Shown here: in pieces, positions 44,673 through 54,900 of the stretch
How positions within the stretch are numbered: the first letter of the stretch is position 1
Layout of the letters: every line of letters begins with the position of its first letter
Virus record (IMG/VR): IMGVR_UViG_3300008110_007313
Strand: one strand, 5' to 3'
DNA from: a virus
Lineage: Duplodnaviria > Caudoviricetes
DNA length: 64,000 bases
Made by a program: the position numbers and the translations under genes
The notes under the pieces: model-generated
Told to the model about the DNA's origin: nothing
The model's input: only the letters and a program-made list of their open reading frames with translations
The model's database searches: none

Positions 44673-45270
44673 TTTGATATGCTTCGCGCCAGTTTTTGAC
44701 CACTGGATAGTTGCAGCAATGGTGCATGTTGTGTCCGTGTTCCATGAGCATGCTGTTTAGACCCATGCTATAGCCCACGTCAGCGTTTTCAGGCTTGTCT
44801 TCAATCCACCAGCAACCTGAACCTGCGTATGGCTCCAGTGCTTCGTTTTTATCAGCACCTGTATCCAAGCACACAATTGATTCAAACACTGTTTCACCAA
44901 ACATCTTGCGCAGATTCATTTCTCGCAGTCGTTGTGCATTGATATCCCGGCTTAGACTTGTGATACAGTGAAACACGTAGCCATGCTCTTCGTGCAGACG
45001 CTTGACATAGTACATGGCATCACGCAAGGGTGGCAAAAACCCAATGGCCGCCGATTCATTGAACATTCTAATCAGCTTTTTGCCCTGCTCTCGAGTAATG
45101 CCATAGCGTTCACCGATGTCATAGACAAATGCAGACCCGGGCTGTTGTTCATGCCCGTGTTCTTCCATCCAGATTGCAAAGGCATACTCCCAGTTCAACA
45201 GCACGCCGTCGGCGTCAACTAGGATTGTTTGCGTTGGGTTGTACTTCAGATTCTGATTTGGTTTCTTCAT
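44635..45270 (-). CDS. HAD-superfamily 5'(3')-deoxyribonucleotidase-like protein
   Basis: ILVDADGVLL (DxD motif I), ITS (motif II), WIEDKPEN (motif IV). Confidence 0.8.
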   Translation of the reverse strand: MKKPNQNLKYNPTQTILVDADGVLLNWEYAFAIWMEEHGHEQQPGSAFVYDIGERYGITREQGKKLIRMFNESAAIGFLPPLRDAMYYVKRLHEEHGYVFHCITSLSRDINAQRLREMNLRKMFGETVFESIVCLDTGADKNEALEPYAGSGCWWIEDKPENADVGYSMGLNSMLMEHGHNMHHCCNYPVVKNWREAYQTIVGHEANDIDQ

Positions 45271-45532
45271 TTTTTACTATCTCATAACCGTTTTCGTCAA
45301 ACAGTCGCTTGATGATACTTTCGTAGTGTTGCATGTAGTATTCTACAATGCGGTGGAAATTTTTGGGTACTTGAACACCGCCCATGTGACATTTTTCTAC
45401 CTGGAGTGTTTTAAAGTCCAAGATCACATTGGCAGTTTGCAGGTCTCTTGTTTTTAGCCGTTTGGACACTTGCATGGCTTCGTCTAGTCGGCCATCCGCT
45501 TTGCGGTAATAGGTTAGAATAAAATATCTCAT
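45215..45532 (-). CDS. hypothetical protein
   Basis: 105 aa, directly downstream of a sigma70 promoter. Confidence 0.7.
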   Translation of the reverse strand: MRYFILTYYRKADGRLDEAMQVSKRLKTRDLQTANVILDFKTLQVEKCHMGGVQVPKNFHRIVEYYMQHYESIIKRLFDENGYEIVKNEETKSESEVQPNANNPS

Positions 45533-45538
45533 AACGTT

Positions 45539-45567
45539 ATTGTAACAATTTTCTAATAAAATGTCAA
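45539..45567 (-). promoter_or_regulatory. sigma70-type promoter, 6 nt from the ATG
   Basis: Minus strand TTGACA-17 nt-TACAAT-aacgtt-ATG. Confidence 0.75.
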
Positions 45568-45604
45568 TGCTTCTACTAAATTTAGAGCATTATAAATCAA
45601 CAGT

Positions 45605-46303
45605 TTAACACACTAGTTTTTTGAGAACACTGTTTTTTTCAGTCCAGGTTGTAAACGTTTGATCAAACTTATCAAAATCTCTAATAGGTGTTTGTGTTAA
45701 TTGCTGTACTACATTGATCAAGTTCTGCCTGTTAAAAAAATCAGCCAATGCAATGGCTTGCATGTTGGGCACGGTTTTCCAGATATGAACCTGCTTTAAC
45801 CACAGTGTAGAAAAAAATTGTCGAGCATTGTGCTCAGTTACTCGTTGTTGAGCCCAAACGGGCAAAGTTTGTTTGTGAACCTCAACAAAATGCATTAGGC
45901 TGTTTTGATGCCGTTTGGCAATAAACACATCGATGATACCAACTGCGGCCGACTCAGGAAAGTCTATGTAATAAAATTTCTCAGCCAGTTCTACAAACCA
46001 ATCAAAATAATAGTGCGAATTCTCAACAGGATCAACTTGAGACCAATCTAAGATGCTAGGAACTACATTTTTGTAATCTACACAGATATCTCTAAAATAA
46101 CGTCGGTTGTGTAACACCAACCCAGTGTCTGTAATATTACATTCTACAGAAGTATTCAAATCGAGTTGTTGGAGGCACAGTGTTTTTAAAAAATCACCCC
46201 CAGTTCCTCCCACATAACAAATCATTGATTGAACACGGTGCATAAAAATTTGTATAAAAATTGATGTGTTTTTTCGCCAATGTGCGTTCGCGAAACATCC
46301 CAA
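45605..46303 (-). CDS. hypothetical protein with P-loop-like N-terminus (start uncertain)
   Basis: MICYVGGTGGDFLKTL motif near the probable start. Confidence 0.55.
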   Translation of the reverse strand: MGCFANAHWRKNTSIFIQIFMHRVQSMICYVGGTGGDFLKTLCLQQLDLNTSVECNITDTGLVLHNRRYFRDICVDYKNVVPSILDWSQVDPVENSHYYFDWFVELAEKFYYIDFPESAAVGIIDVFIAKRHQNSLMHFVEVHKQTLPVWAQQRVTEHNARQFFSTLWLKQVHIWKTVPNMQAIALADFFNRQNLINVVQQLTQTPIRDFDKFDQTFTTWTEKNSVLKKLVC

Positions 46304-46776
46304 TCTAAATTTTTAATCATTGGGTAGCACTTTGGATAAGGCAACGGTTTTCCACAAAATACATGCACAAAACTATAAGGGACCAACTGCTGATAGTAAT
46401 CGTTCAAACGTTCAGGATTTCGGTCCGACCAAACCACAGCCATTTTAACATGTGGAGCATAGAGATCAGAATTTAAAAAATTCTCAATGATTTGAAAAAT
46501 ATGTGCATTATCGTACAATCCGGATATACCATAGTTTTGAGAATTTTTAAACTTGCTAGCAAAGATTTTATCTTCGTCTATTCCAATGCCTAACACAAGG
46601 CTACACCCAAAAAAGGCATAGTCTGGCACACATTCAAAATTGTTAGAACTTCGGAATCCTAGATTGTTAAAACGATAAGTGACTGTTTGTGTACTGTCTT
46701 TTCCAAATGTGTTTACAGTTTTCCCATGTTGATTCCACATAGGAATCACTGGATTCTTTAGATTGTTATCTGACAT
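46222..46776 (-). CDS. SGNH-hydrolase-like hypothetical protein
   Basis: YRFNNLGFRS...AFFGCSLVLGIG...NYGISG pattern. Confidence 0.45.
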   Translation of the reverse strand: MSDNNLKNPVIPMWNQHGKTVNTFGKDSTQTVTYRFNNLGFRSSNNFECVPDYAFFGCSLVLGIGIDEDKIFASKFKNSQNYGISGLYDNAHIFQIIENFLNSDLYAPHVKMAVVWSDRNPERLNDYYQQLVPYSFVHVFCGKPLPYPKCYPMIKNLDWDVSRTHIGEKTHQFLYKFLCTVFNQ

Positions 46777-47684
46777 AGCTCAATAAGTGTAGCACTCAAA
46801 TTGATTTCTGTGTCAGCCACTGAATTGTTGTTTACCAGCCCGTTGCGAATGATCACAATAGCTTGGTCTTGGCGCTCGGGAGTATCGCCCCATAGTTCTA
46901 AGTTATCGTACATCCAGCGAAAGATATCTTCAGCTTCTTCAGGATTGGCGTTTTGACACAGCAGTGTACGTGCCTGACGAATTTGTCCACGCTTGAACAA
47001 GTCCACAGCATCCAGCTTCCAGTCACGTGCTGAACGATCAGCTTCACCTGGCGGCACAAGTCGGCCTGTTTGGCTATTGAGTTGAACCAAGTTCAGACAT
47101 TTGCGCAGGTCTGGATAAGTGGCTTTGACATAACTGTCCAAGGTATCTAGTTCAAACTCTACACCTTCTGTGACTAACACAGTAGCAACTCTAGCAGTAA
47201 ACTCTGTGTGATCAGTTTTGGTAATGTGGAAGCCTTGACAGCGACTGTGAATAGGACTGATGATCTTGTGCGGATAGTTACATGTAAGAATGAATCGTAC
47301 AGTCTGCGAGTAATCTTCCATCAAATTACGCAGTGCAGGTTGCACTGAATCCTTGTTCATGTAGTCTGCTTCGTCAATCAGCACAACCTTGAACTTGCCA
47401 AATGGCATGGTTTGACAAAAGTTGATTAGCTTGTCCACCCATTCGATCTTACGTGCTTCTTTTGAACCGTTTGCATACATCACATCGTATTCGTCCACAC
47501 CCAGTTCATTGATCAGCATTTTGGCCAAGGTGGTTTTGCCTGTACCTGCTGAACCTGATAGCATCAAGTGTGGAACTGATCCGTCTTGTATCCATTGTTG
47601 TACTTGATCTCGTTGTGCCTGATCTACAAATACATAACCGTCTACTGTGTTGGGACGGTACTTCTCTACCCATAACTCTTTCAT
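46758..47684 (-). CDS. sliding-clamp loader ATPase subunit (RFC / T4 gp44-like)
   Basis: LWVEKYRP, SGSAGTGKTT, LIDEADYM, SRC motif and DLRKCLN. Confidence 0.92.
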   Translation of the reverse strand: MKELWVEKYRPNTVDGYVFVDQAQRDQVQQWIQDGSVPHLMLSGSAGTGKTTLAKMLINELGVDEYDVMYANGSKEARKIEWVDKLINFCQTMPFGKFKVVLIDEADYMNKDSVQPALRNLMEDYSQTVRFILTCNYPHKIISPIHSRCQGFHITKTDHTEFTARVATVLVTEGVEFELDTLDSYVKATYPDLRKCLNLVQLNSQTGRLVPPGEADRSARDWKLDAVDLFKRGQIRQARTLLCQNANPEEAEDIFRWMYDNLELWGDTPERQDQAIVIIRNGLVNNNSVADTEINLSATLIELCQITI

Positions 47685-47872
47685 GTTCTTCCTTGTGGAA
47701 TGTTTTGGCCCAATTGCCGTTCAAACGATGACTCTATGTTTTGCATGTCCTCAGGCAGTGGTGGCGGAACATAACGAGGCTTGGGCTCTTTCTTGCCAAA
47801 GATCTCAGTATGTCTAGCTGCCAGTTCTTCCTGACTAACACTTGATGGACGTGGTCTTGACCCTTTACTCAT
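47681..47872 (-). CDS. small hypothetical protein
   Basis: 63 aa, MSKGSRPRP; coupled to neighbours. Confidence 0.55.
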   Translation of the reverse strand: MSKGSRPRPSSVSQEELAARHTEIFGKKEPKPRYVPPPLPEDMQNIESSFERQLGQNIPQGRT

Positions 47873-47873
47873 T

Positions 47874-48161
47874 TTACACTAACTCCTCAACAATGCCAAG
47901 TATTTCGGCAATAATCAATAGTAAACCGCCTGTTGCAATAAATTGCAAAGACAATTCAGGATTAAAAGCTGCCAAGATAAATGCTGTACCAGCAGCTACC
48001 CTTACAAAACTCTTGACAAGGCTCACATAAAAGTGGCCTCGACTGGTGTCTTTTGGTTGTATTTCTATCATAGGTGGGTGGTGCGGGCAACGGCCCTGTT
48101 TATAGTCACAGTCAGGAGTGTATTCCTTCCTGCAGATTTTACATTTTGTCATTGAGTACAT
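47874..48161 (-). CDS. small membrane protein with N-terminal Cys cluster
   Basis: CKIC...C...CPHH followed by two hydrophobic helices. Confidence 0.55.
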   Translation of the reverse strand: MYSMTKCKICRKEYTPDCDYKQGRCPHHPPMIEIQPKDTSRGHFYVSLVKSFVRVAAGTAFILAAFNPELSLQFIATGGLLLIIAEILGIVEELV

Positions 48162-48384
48162 TCCATACTTGGCGTTTGGATTGTTGATCTAACCAGTCTT
48201 TTTCTGTGTCTCCAAAGCTGGGAGAAGTTCTAATAATTTCGTCTAGTATGTGTTTGATTTGATAAAGGTCTTGCTTGCATCCCCACTGAATATAACCATC
48301 GTTGTAGGGGCTGTTCATTTCAAGTTCGGCTCGATGCAGTTGATTGACCACGTCAACTACATCCCAGCGTTTGGCAAAACCCAT
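48139..48384 (-). CDS. hypothetical protein
   Basis: Likely start ATG 48384 (MGFAKRWDV...YIQWGCKQDLY). Confidence 0.6.
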   Translation of the reverse strand: MGFAKRWDVVDVVNQLHRAELEMNSPYNDGYIQWGCKQDLYQIKHILDEIIRTSPSFGDTEKDWLDQQSKRQVWNVLNDKM

Positions 48385-48385
48385 G

Positions 48386-48790
48386 TCAGTTGTGCTGCAT
48401 CCAGCTGGGTTTGGCTTCAATGTTGATAGCGTCCGAGAATGTGGTATCCTGTGGTTCTTCATCTGATTCCATCATGATGTCCTTGGGATCAACTCTGCGT
48501 AGAGTTTGCTTGCCGTTCTCATCCTCAATGTCAATACCTCGAGTCCAGCGTCCGTGTTCCACACAGATCCATGTGCCTACCCGGATATCTTTTTGATCAG
48601 GACCCACTGCATAGACCTTGCCCCAGCGTGGACGAATGCCTGAGCTCTTGCCGTTGTCTGTGGGCAGTATAAGACCTCCACGGCTGATACGTTCTTTAAA
48701 ATTCATATCGCTTACAATCACAGCGTCTCTCAAAGGTTTGAGTTGTGCGCGATCAATGCGATGTGGTTCAAAAGCTAGTTTTGTCATCAA
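48386..48790 (-). CDS. groES: GroES-like co-chaperonin
   Basis: LKPLRDAVIV...GGLILP...GKVYAVGP...VG pattern. Confidence 0.85.
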   Translation of the reverse strand: MMTKLAFEPHRIDRAQLKPLRDAVIVSDMNFKERISRGGLILPTDNGKSSGIRPRWGKVYAVGPDQKDIRVGTWICVEHGRWTRGIDIEDENGKQTLRRVDPKDIMMESDEEPQDTTFSDAINIEAKPSWMQHN

Positions 48791-48993
48791 CTTCCTTTTT
48801 TGGGATTGCTAACTTGTTTTTGGTACTGCTGATTGACTTGATCGGTTTTCTTACTGATCACACGATTCATGTCATCGACTAGGTCTCCACGTGCATTGAC
48901 TTTCATGTTGCCTACGGCACGTACATTTTCATTTTTTAGGCGTAGACTGGCCATGTCTACTGTTTTACCCATTGCTGTTTTGTGAGTTTTCAT
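48787..48993 (-). CDS. small hypothetical protein
   Basis: SD AAGGAG and TAAATA at 49012-49017; AVGNMKVNARGD motif. Confidence 0.65.
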   Translation of the reverse strand: MKTHKTAMGKTVDMASLRLKNENVRAVGNMKVNARGDLVDDMNRVISKKTDQVNQQYQKQVSNPKKGS

Positions 48994-49014
48994 AGTAATC
49001 TCCTTGGTAATTAT

Positions 49015-49533
49015 TTAACGCAGAAATTCGTTGGGGTTTAAATCATAGTGTAAACTGTCAATTCTGTGTACTCGTAGTTTATACAACACATAACTGGCCA
49101 CACTAGAACCACGTCCTACACCCCAGATCAATTCATGTTCAGTCATAACATCTACCAAATATTTGAGATAGCGTAGTAGATTAAACAAGTTACGTTCTTG
49201 AAATAGCATGAGTTCTTGTCCACAGCGTTGCAGTTCAGCATCAGTTTGGCATAAACTCAGCACATGTTCGGCAATGTCAAGATCTTTATAGGACTGAGGC
49301 ATGTACCAATTGGCCTGGCAACGATGATCCCACTCTTGCTGGCTCTGTTGCTGACACATTTCATCGTAGCGTATAAAAGTTGGCACATTATCTAGAATCA
49401 ACGCGGCTGTTTCTAGATCAATGCTGTTGTCTACCAGCAAGTGATCCAAGGTGGCAAAGTCATGTCCTTGCATGTACAAGTGCACAACATCGTTCTCACC
49501 AAAGATCATTTGTCCAAATTTGTCAGTTTTCAT
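49015..49533 (-). CDS. stand-alone fragment of DNA polymerase III alpha (DnaE) palm region
   Basis: EL.LF...YLKYLVD...WGVGRGSSVASYVLY.L.VH.IDSL.YDL...EFLR parallels DnaE GRGSAAGSLVAY.LGIT.IDP...FERFL. Confidence 0.75.
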   Translation of the reverse strand: MKTDKFGQMIFGENDVVHLYMQGHDFATLDHLLVDNSIDLETAALILDNVPTFIRYDEMCQQQSQQEWDHRCQANWYMPQSYKDLDIAEHVLSLCQTDAELQRCGQELMLFQERNLFNLLRYLKYLVDVMTEHELIWGVGRGSSVASYVLYKLRVHRIDSLHYDLNPNEFLR

Positions 49534-50119
49534 TTTTTGGGAAATTTGCAAATACTACAGTGTTGGCAGTGTGCTTGACCTCATCGGGCCATTCAAGTCC
49601 GTATTCTTGCCAGCCAGTGGTTGTAACTTTAACAACGTTTTGAGACACAGTTTCTAATTCAATGTTTTCGTGTTGAGTGTTGGACAATGTCCACCAGCCA
49701 TCGTTGACAAACGGACCCAGAGTATCTTCTTCATTGTGCAGATACCAGACCTGATCGCCCAATGTGCTTTGAATGTTGAGGTCTGTGATTATCATGCGAC
49801 CTTCCATGATAGCATTGAGCTTGCAGTATAACATTATACCAATGAGTTGGTCAACTGGTTCTTCGGGCAAGGTGGTCACATTTATACCCAATAGACTCAT
49901 CATTTCTGCTTTTTCTTCATGCACCTGATTGATGAATACTGTGTTTTCCAACTCGCTCCAAATAAAACACTTGAGGCGATTCATTGCAATATTGGTTTGT
50001 TCAGCATCAGTAGTTTTGGTAACCAAATCTAAACTAACTGAGTATTGATTGAGTTGCAATGAATCTTCATAGTAAATGCCCGCCATGAAGTCTATGTCGT
50101 ACTGAAGTCTTACGTTCAT
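49523..50119 (-). CDS. hypothetical protein
   Basis: 198-aa ORF coupled on both sides. Confidence 0.7.
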   Translation of the reverse strand: MNVRLQYDIDFMAGIYYEDSLQLNQYSVSLDLVTKTTDAEQTNIAMNRLKCFIWSELENTVFINQVHEEKAEMMSLLGINVTTLPEEPVDQLIGIMLYCKLNAIMEGRMIITDLNIQSTLGDQVWYLHNEEDTLGPFVNDGWWTLSNTQHENIELETVSQNVVKVTTTGWQEYGLEWPDEVKHTANTVVFANFPKNEN

Positions 50120-50349
50120 TTGATGTTGATTTTGTCTGAATGAGCCATGGCACCAGATTTTTCTGATGCTTCGCGCAGTCGTTGTTGATACTTGCTTTGG
50201 TAGCTTTCCAAAGCCATTCGAATTTGATTGCAGAGATGTCCGTTGCCGGTTTGCGCGGCTATAGACAGTTTTCGGTTTAGTTCGCTGATCTTGTCAGTGA
50301 GCTGTTCTTCGCTCAGTGAATCAAGGCTGCCAATCAAAGGATGTTCCAT
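50116..50349 (-). CDS. small hypothetical protein
   Basis: 77 aa, directly downstream of a sigma70 promoter. Confidence 0.7.
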   Translation of the reverse strand: MEHPLIGSLDSLSEEQLTDKISELNRKLSIAAQTGNGHLCNQIRMALESYQSKYQQRLREASEKSGAMAHSDKINIK

Positions 50350-50355
50350 AGAGTA

Positions 50356-50385
50356 ATTTTACTACAGAACACCCAGCAATGTCAA
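50356..50385 (-). promoter_or_regulatory. sigma70-type promoter, 6 nt from the ATG
   Basis: Minus strand TTGACA-18 nt-TAAAAT-tactct-ATG. Confidence 0.65.
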
Positions 50386-50395
50386 CACAAATTGG

Positions 50396-51898
50396 TTAAG
50401 CCCAACTACCAATTGAAGCCACAGCACTGGTACCCAATGGAACCAATTTGATATAGCTGTTGGCCAATACAGTGGGAGCGCCGCCTGGGGCAGAACTAAA
50501 TTGGATTTGCGGAGTAAAAGTTCCACTGGCATTGGATTTTACTATGCCTTTGAGCACCACTGTGATGTTTTCTGCGGCAGTGGTACTGGCTGCTGTGACC
50601 ACAGTGGCGGTAGCACCTGTGCCATAGATACGACTCACAGCACCTAGCGCATTGCCATTGGTGCTGGTGGTATCAGCAGTGTATGTCATAGACGACAAGG
50701 TGCCACTCAGTGCAAACAATGTACTCAGGGTGTGACTGTTGGTACCAGCACTTCGTGTGATGTAGTACACTGCTTCAAACATATAGGCAGTGCTAGCGTC
50801 CAAAGTAATTGCACTGGGAGAACTGAAAACGTTTTGAGCTGACGCAGAGTCGCTGAGCACGTTGTTGGAAGCCTGCAATCGAAATGCCACAGAAGGTGCC
50901 AATCCTCGACGGCTGGCAGTAGGGGTAGTATAGAAAACTACACCGTCGTATTCAAATGCACCTGCACCTGGTGTGGCCAGTACATCGCCGGCGGTGAATT
51001 GCAGTGCAGCCAGCGTGGTTGTTCCAATGTTTGGTCTAACTTTGGAGTTTAAAAATGCTCCGTTTAGGTTACCAGTGGCAGTAACGTTGCCAATCACCAA
51101 ATTGCCACCAGTGATTGTGCCAGTGGCGCTTACACTGCCAGCTGTGACTAAATTACCACCTGTGACGTTGCCTGTAGCAATTACTTGTTGACTGGCCAAT
51201 ACATTGCCTGTAGCACTGACAAAACCTACCCCGCCTGAACCAGCAATAATATTACCAGTAGCAGTGACGTCATCGACCTGCAGATCAGCAGCCGAAAAGT
51301 TCGTCAGCGCACGATTCAAGTCAAAGATAGTTACAGTGCTGCCACCGTTGTAGGTACCAAACGCAAACTCATAAGTGCCGGCCGCGGAAAAAGACAATGT
51401 GTAAGGTCCAGCTGCTGGTGGTGTGGGGCTAATACCTTGTAGACCTGATACTCCCAGGGTCACTGAACTTGGCAAAGTAACTGTGTGCGCAATGTTGGTA
51501 ACTTCAATTTGTAATTTGATGTAACCGTAGCTACCAGTACCTGGGAAGTTAACAAAACTCAAAGATATGCTGCCGGAAGTGCTAATACTCTGATAATGTC
51601 CGCTGGCATAGTTGATGCTTATGGCTCCACTGGTGGAAGTCACTGTGACTTTGGTACCCGAAAAGTCTTGAATTTTTGCAGCATAGATTAGATTGTCCAA
51701 CATGTTGTTGTCTAATGTTCCGCCAGTGAGTGCGCTTTTGAGCACTGCCTTGGCCTGCAGGTCGTTGATTTCATCTTCGGCATATTGAAAGTTTACCTTG
51801 GTATTGGTAAAATTATCACGAAAGCCTTGTGAATTGTTATCTTGCCCGGCTACTGGGTATGAGCCGTCAATGTTGTTTGGGTTAATATTGCTTGACAT
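50396..51898 (-). CDS. tail/baseplate-associated fibre protein
   Basis: N-terminal YPVAGQDNNSQGFRDNF, S/T/G-rich beta content, ATGN(V/I)xGGN repeats shared with 55804..58437. Confidence 0.65.
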   Translation of the reverse strand: MSSNINPNNIDGSYPVAGQDNNSQGFRDNFTNTKVNFQYAEDEINDLQAKAVLKSALTGGTLDNNMLDNLIYAAKIQDFSGTKVTVTSTSGAISINYASGHYQSISTSGSISLSFVNFPGTGSYGYIKLQIEVTNIAHTVTLPSSVTLGVSGLQGISPTPPAAGPYTLSFSAAGTYEFAFGTYNGGSTVTIFDLNRALTNFSAADLQVDDVTATGNIIAGSGGVGFVSATGNVLASQQVIATGNVTGGNLVTAGSVSATGTITGGNLVIGNVTATGNLNGAFLNSKVRPNIGTTTLAALQFTAGDVLATPGAGAFEYDGVVFYTTPTASRRGLAPSVAFRLQASNNVLSDSASAQNVFSSPSAITLDASTAYMFEAVYYITRSAGTNSHTLSTLFALSGTLSSMTYTADTTSTNGNALGAVSRIYGTGATATVVTAASTTAAENITVVLKGIVKSNASGTFTPQIQFSSAPGGAPTVLANSYIKLVPLGTSAVASIGSWA

Positions 51899-51910
51899 TT
51901 TTTATCCTTG

Positions 51911-54900
51911 TTACACCAAAATGTTCTGTTTGGGGAATACCAAATATTTATCGTAGGTTTCGCCTGGATTGTACATATCCACTGGCTCAATGAATTCCAT
52001 GCTACCTTCATCAAATATAGTTTCTGTTGTGACCACTGTGGCAAATGGTAGCCAGCTAATTCTAGACAGTCCAGTGCCGGGTGTGGTTGGTCGATACAGT
52101 TGTGCGCTGCGATATTGCGAACCACGACTGATTTGCACAAACTGATTTGGTGCCGTCTGTGTTTCTAAAGTACAGGTTACTATTTCAGTAACTGCATCTA
52201 CGCTAATTCTCCATATTGCCATGCGATCGTTGCCAAATTCGCCAACCAGGCTACCAGAGGCAGTGGTCAACGTTACTGGAACTGTACCGCCGGCACCACT
52301 GGTAATTCTGAAACGTGTTGCATCTACAATATCAAGTACATAGTAGATTTGGTTGCCTGTTGCAAAAGGAACAATGTTTCCAAATCCTGTACCTGTAAAC
52401 CAAATTATATCACCTGGTGCCATGTTGGCAGTGGAACTACAAGTTATTGCATTGGTTGCAGATGAAGTGGCAGTGCAGACAACCTGATAGCCGCCAGGCA
52501 CAGTAACACTTTCGTCGTATTGCTGTTCACTTAGGCCTGGTTGAGTCGCAGTAGGTCCTTGATCAAACAATCCACCATCATAGATGGTGTCATAGAGCTG
52601 CCAGCCATCTGTGGTAGTAGCATAGTTGGACCCAGGTGGGCCGTCGTAGTTCTCTTGTTTGACAAACACAATAGTGTCGCCGTTGATCTGTGCAATCTGT
52701 CCATCAAGTCCGCCAAGGCTGTTGATATAGCTGAGAGTTCGCTGATTTACGTCGCTAAATGCAAGATTGGTTGCAATGCTGACATTGCCAATAAATTGTT
52801 TACCTGCTGTATTGAATCGATCAAACGTGGTCAAGCTAGGTTGTGGCGTCCAGTCTTGAGTGGTAGTATCCCAATTTGCACTCAGTGCGCGGTCTAGTAC
52901 GTAACGATCAACTTTGAAATCAACTTGGTTGAGTTGTTGCCCAAACTGAGTAGCTATGTAATAGGCAATTTGATCGCCGTGTCCTGGATTAGCATAGCAG
53001 AGTACCCAGGCTGGTGTAAATCCCAACACTCGACCATCGGCTTGTTTACTAGTCATCCATAAAGGAAGACCAGTCGAAATTTGTCCCACAGTGTCAATTA
53101 CTTGATCTCTCATGTTGTCTAGACTGTTGGGATATACCGCAATGATTGATGTACTGCCATCTGCTGGGTCAGTTATAGCATATGGCAAAGGCACAATCTT
53201 GCTCACACTCTCGCCTTGGGGGTTGACCAAGTTGTCAATTATTTTGCTATAAACAACTTCATAGATAATATTACCGTCAGAGTCCACAGCACGAGCAGTG
53301 TTGATTTCGCCTAATACTAAATTCTTCCAGTAGTGATTGAGATACAAACTTTCTACGTAGGTTGACAGAGCGTCGGGTGCTAGACCAAAAGCATGCTGAT
53401 AGGTAACTTTAGATGCTTTACCAAAATTTGGATCAGTGGGTCTGAATATAAAGCTAGGCACAAAGATAGACTCATTGTCTAACAATGAAGCAATGAGTAC
53501 TCGGTCTTCAGCCGGAGGCATAGCCTCCACGTAGAGATTTTGATATGGTGCATTATACTCACGTACCACACGCACAGTAAATGTCTTGAACACGCTGACC
53601 ACGTCTCTTGTGCCGGTGGCCTGCATGACTGCGGTCAACGCAGCTCCTGTACCGCCAAATCCCTCGGCTACGGTGATTGTAGCAGGACCTGTATACCCAG
53701 CGCCAGAATTGCTAACTGTTACCGCAGTTATAGACCCACTGGTTACAGTAATATTTCCAACCTGAGCTTGTACCGCGCTGGCGCCAACGGGAGTTTCAAA
53801 AACAATAATAGGCAAATTGATTGAACTAAAGCCTGAACCACCGTTGGTTACAATCACTTCGCTGACGTTGTACAGTATTTGTTGAGTGTCAGGCGCATAG
53901 GCGTTGACAGTAAATTCAAAACTGCTGTCCCATGTAGTAGTATTGTTATCAAATGTGGTAGCGCCTAGATCAATAGCAAAAGTGTTAAAAGTTACTCGCC
54001 CTGCAATTTCGCCTGTGGGCAACAGTTCCAGCCCCTGCGGCAAACTGTTAAATGCACCAGAAGCCAATTTGTAAGACAGTTCTCTACCGCCGCGATTTAC
54101 AGCTTCTACTTGTAACAGACTGGTACTACCGTTGACAATTGTACCAAGATCTGAATCAGTGAGCCAGGTAATTTCGCTGTCAATATCGCCTGCTACAGTG
54201 AGAGTAAACGGAAATGGTTGGCTAGCAATCACTGTGCCAGCGGTCATTGCACCGGAAGAAGTAGTCAAGGTCAATGGTGTTGTTGCACTTGTGCTTGCAA
54301 CCACACTGAATTCGGTAGCACTGTAAACATGCAGTACATAGTATATGGTATTTCCAGCGGTGCTCAGCCCGCCTAGAGCTGTGCCTGACAGCTTGATAGG
54401 AATATACAGTGGAGCAGAGTTAGAAGGATACCATTCAGAAATGCCAGCCAATGGCGCGGTACTGTTGCAAGTGATCTTGTTGGTCGATGCGCTGGTCGAC
54501 GTACAGCTTACATTTGTTCCCACAGTTGCGGTCTGATAGACCACAATGTTAAAACTGTATTCAACTTCGGTTGTACCTTGATCAGGAATGTTACCATAAA
54601 ACCATCCAGTTTCTGGATCCAAGATCAAGCCAGGCGGCAATCCAAAACCTTCATTGACATTGATAGCGTAACTGATATCTTCGGTATCATAATCTTCGCC
54701 GATGAATTGATAACCATATTTGTTGGCACTACGTACAGTGCCCAGATCACTGGGAGAAGCATTGACCAGGAATGGTGCTCGACTGTTGGTTTCGTCTGCT
54801 GTAATAAATGTGTTGTCTGCGGTAAATGTTGTGTTGTCGGCAGTCATTTCGTTGCGAGCATACACAAACATTGTAAAAGATCTTAGATCACTGCTTTTAC

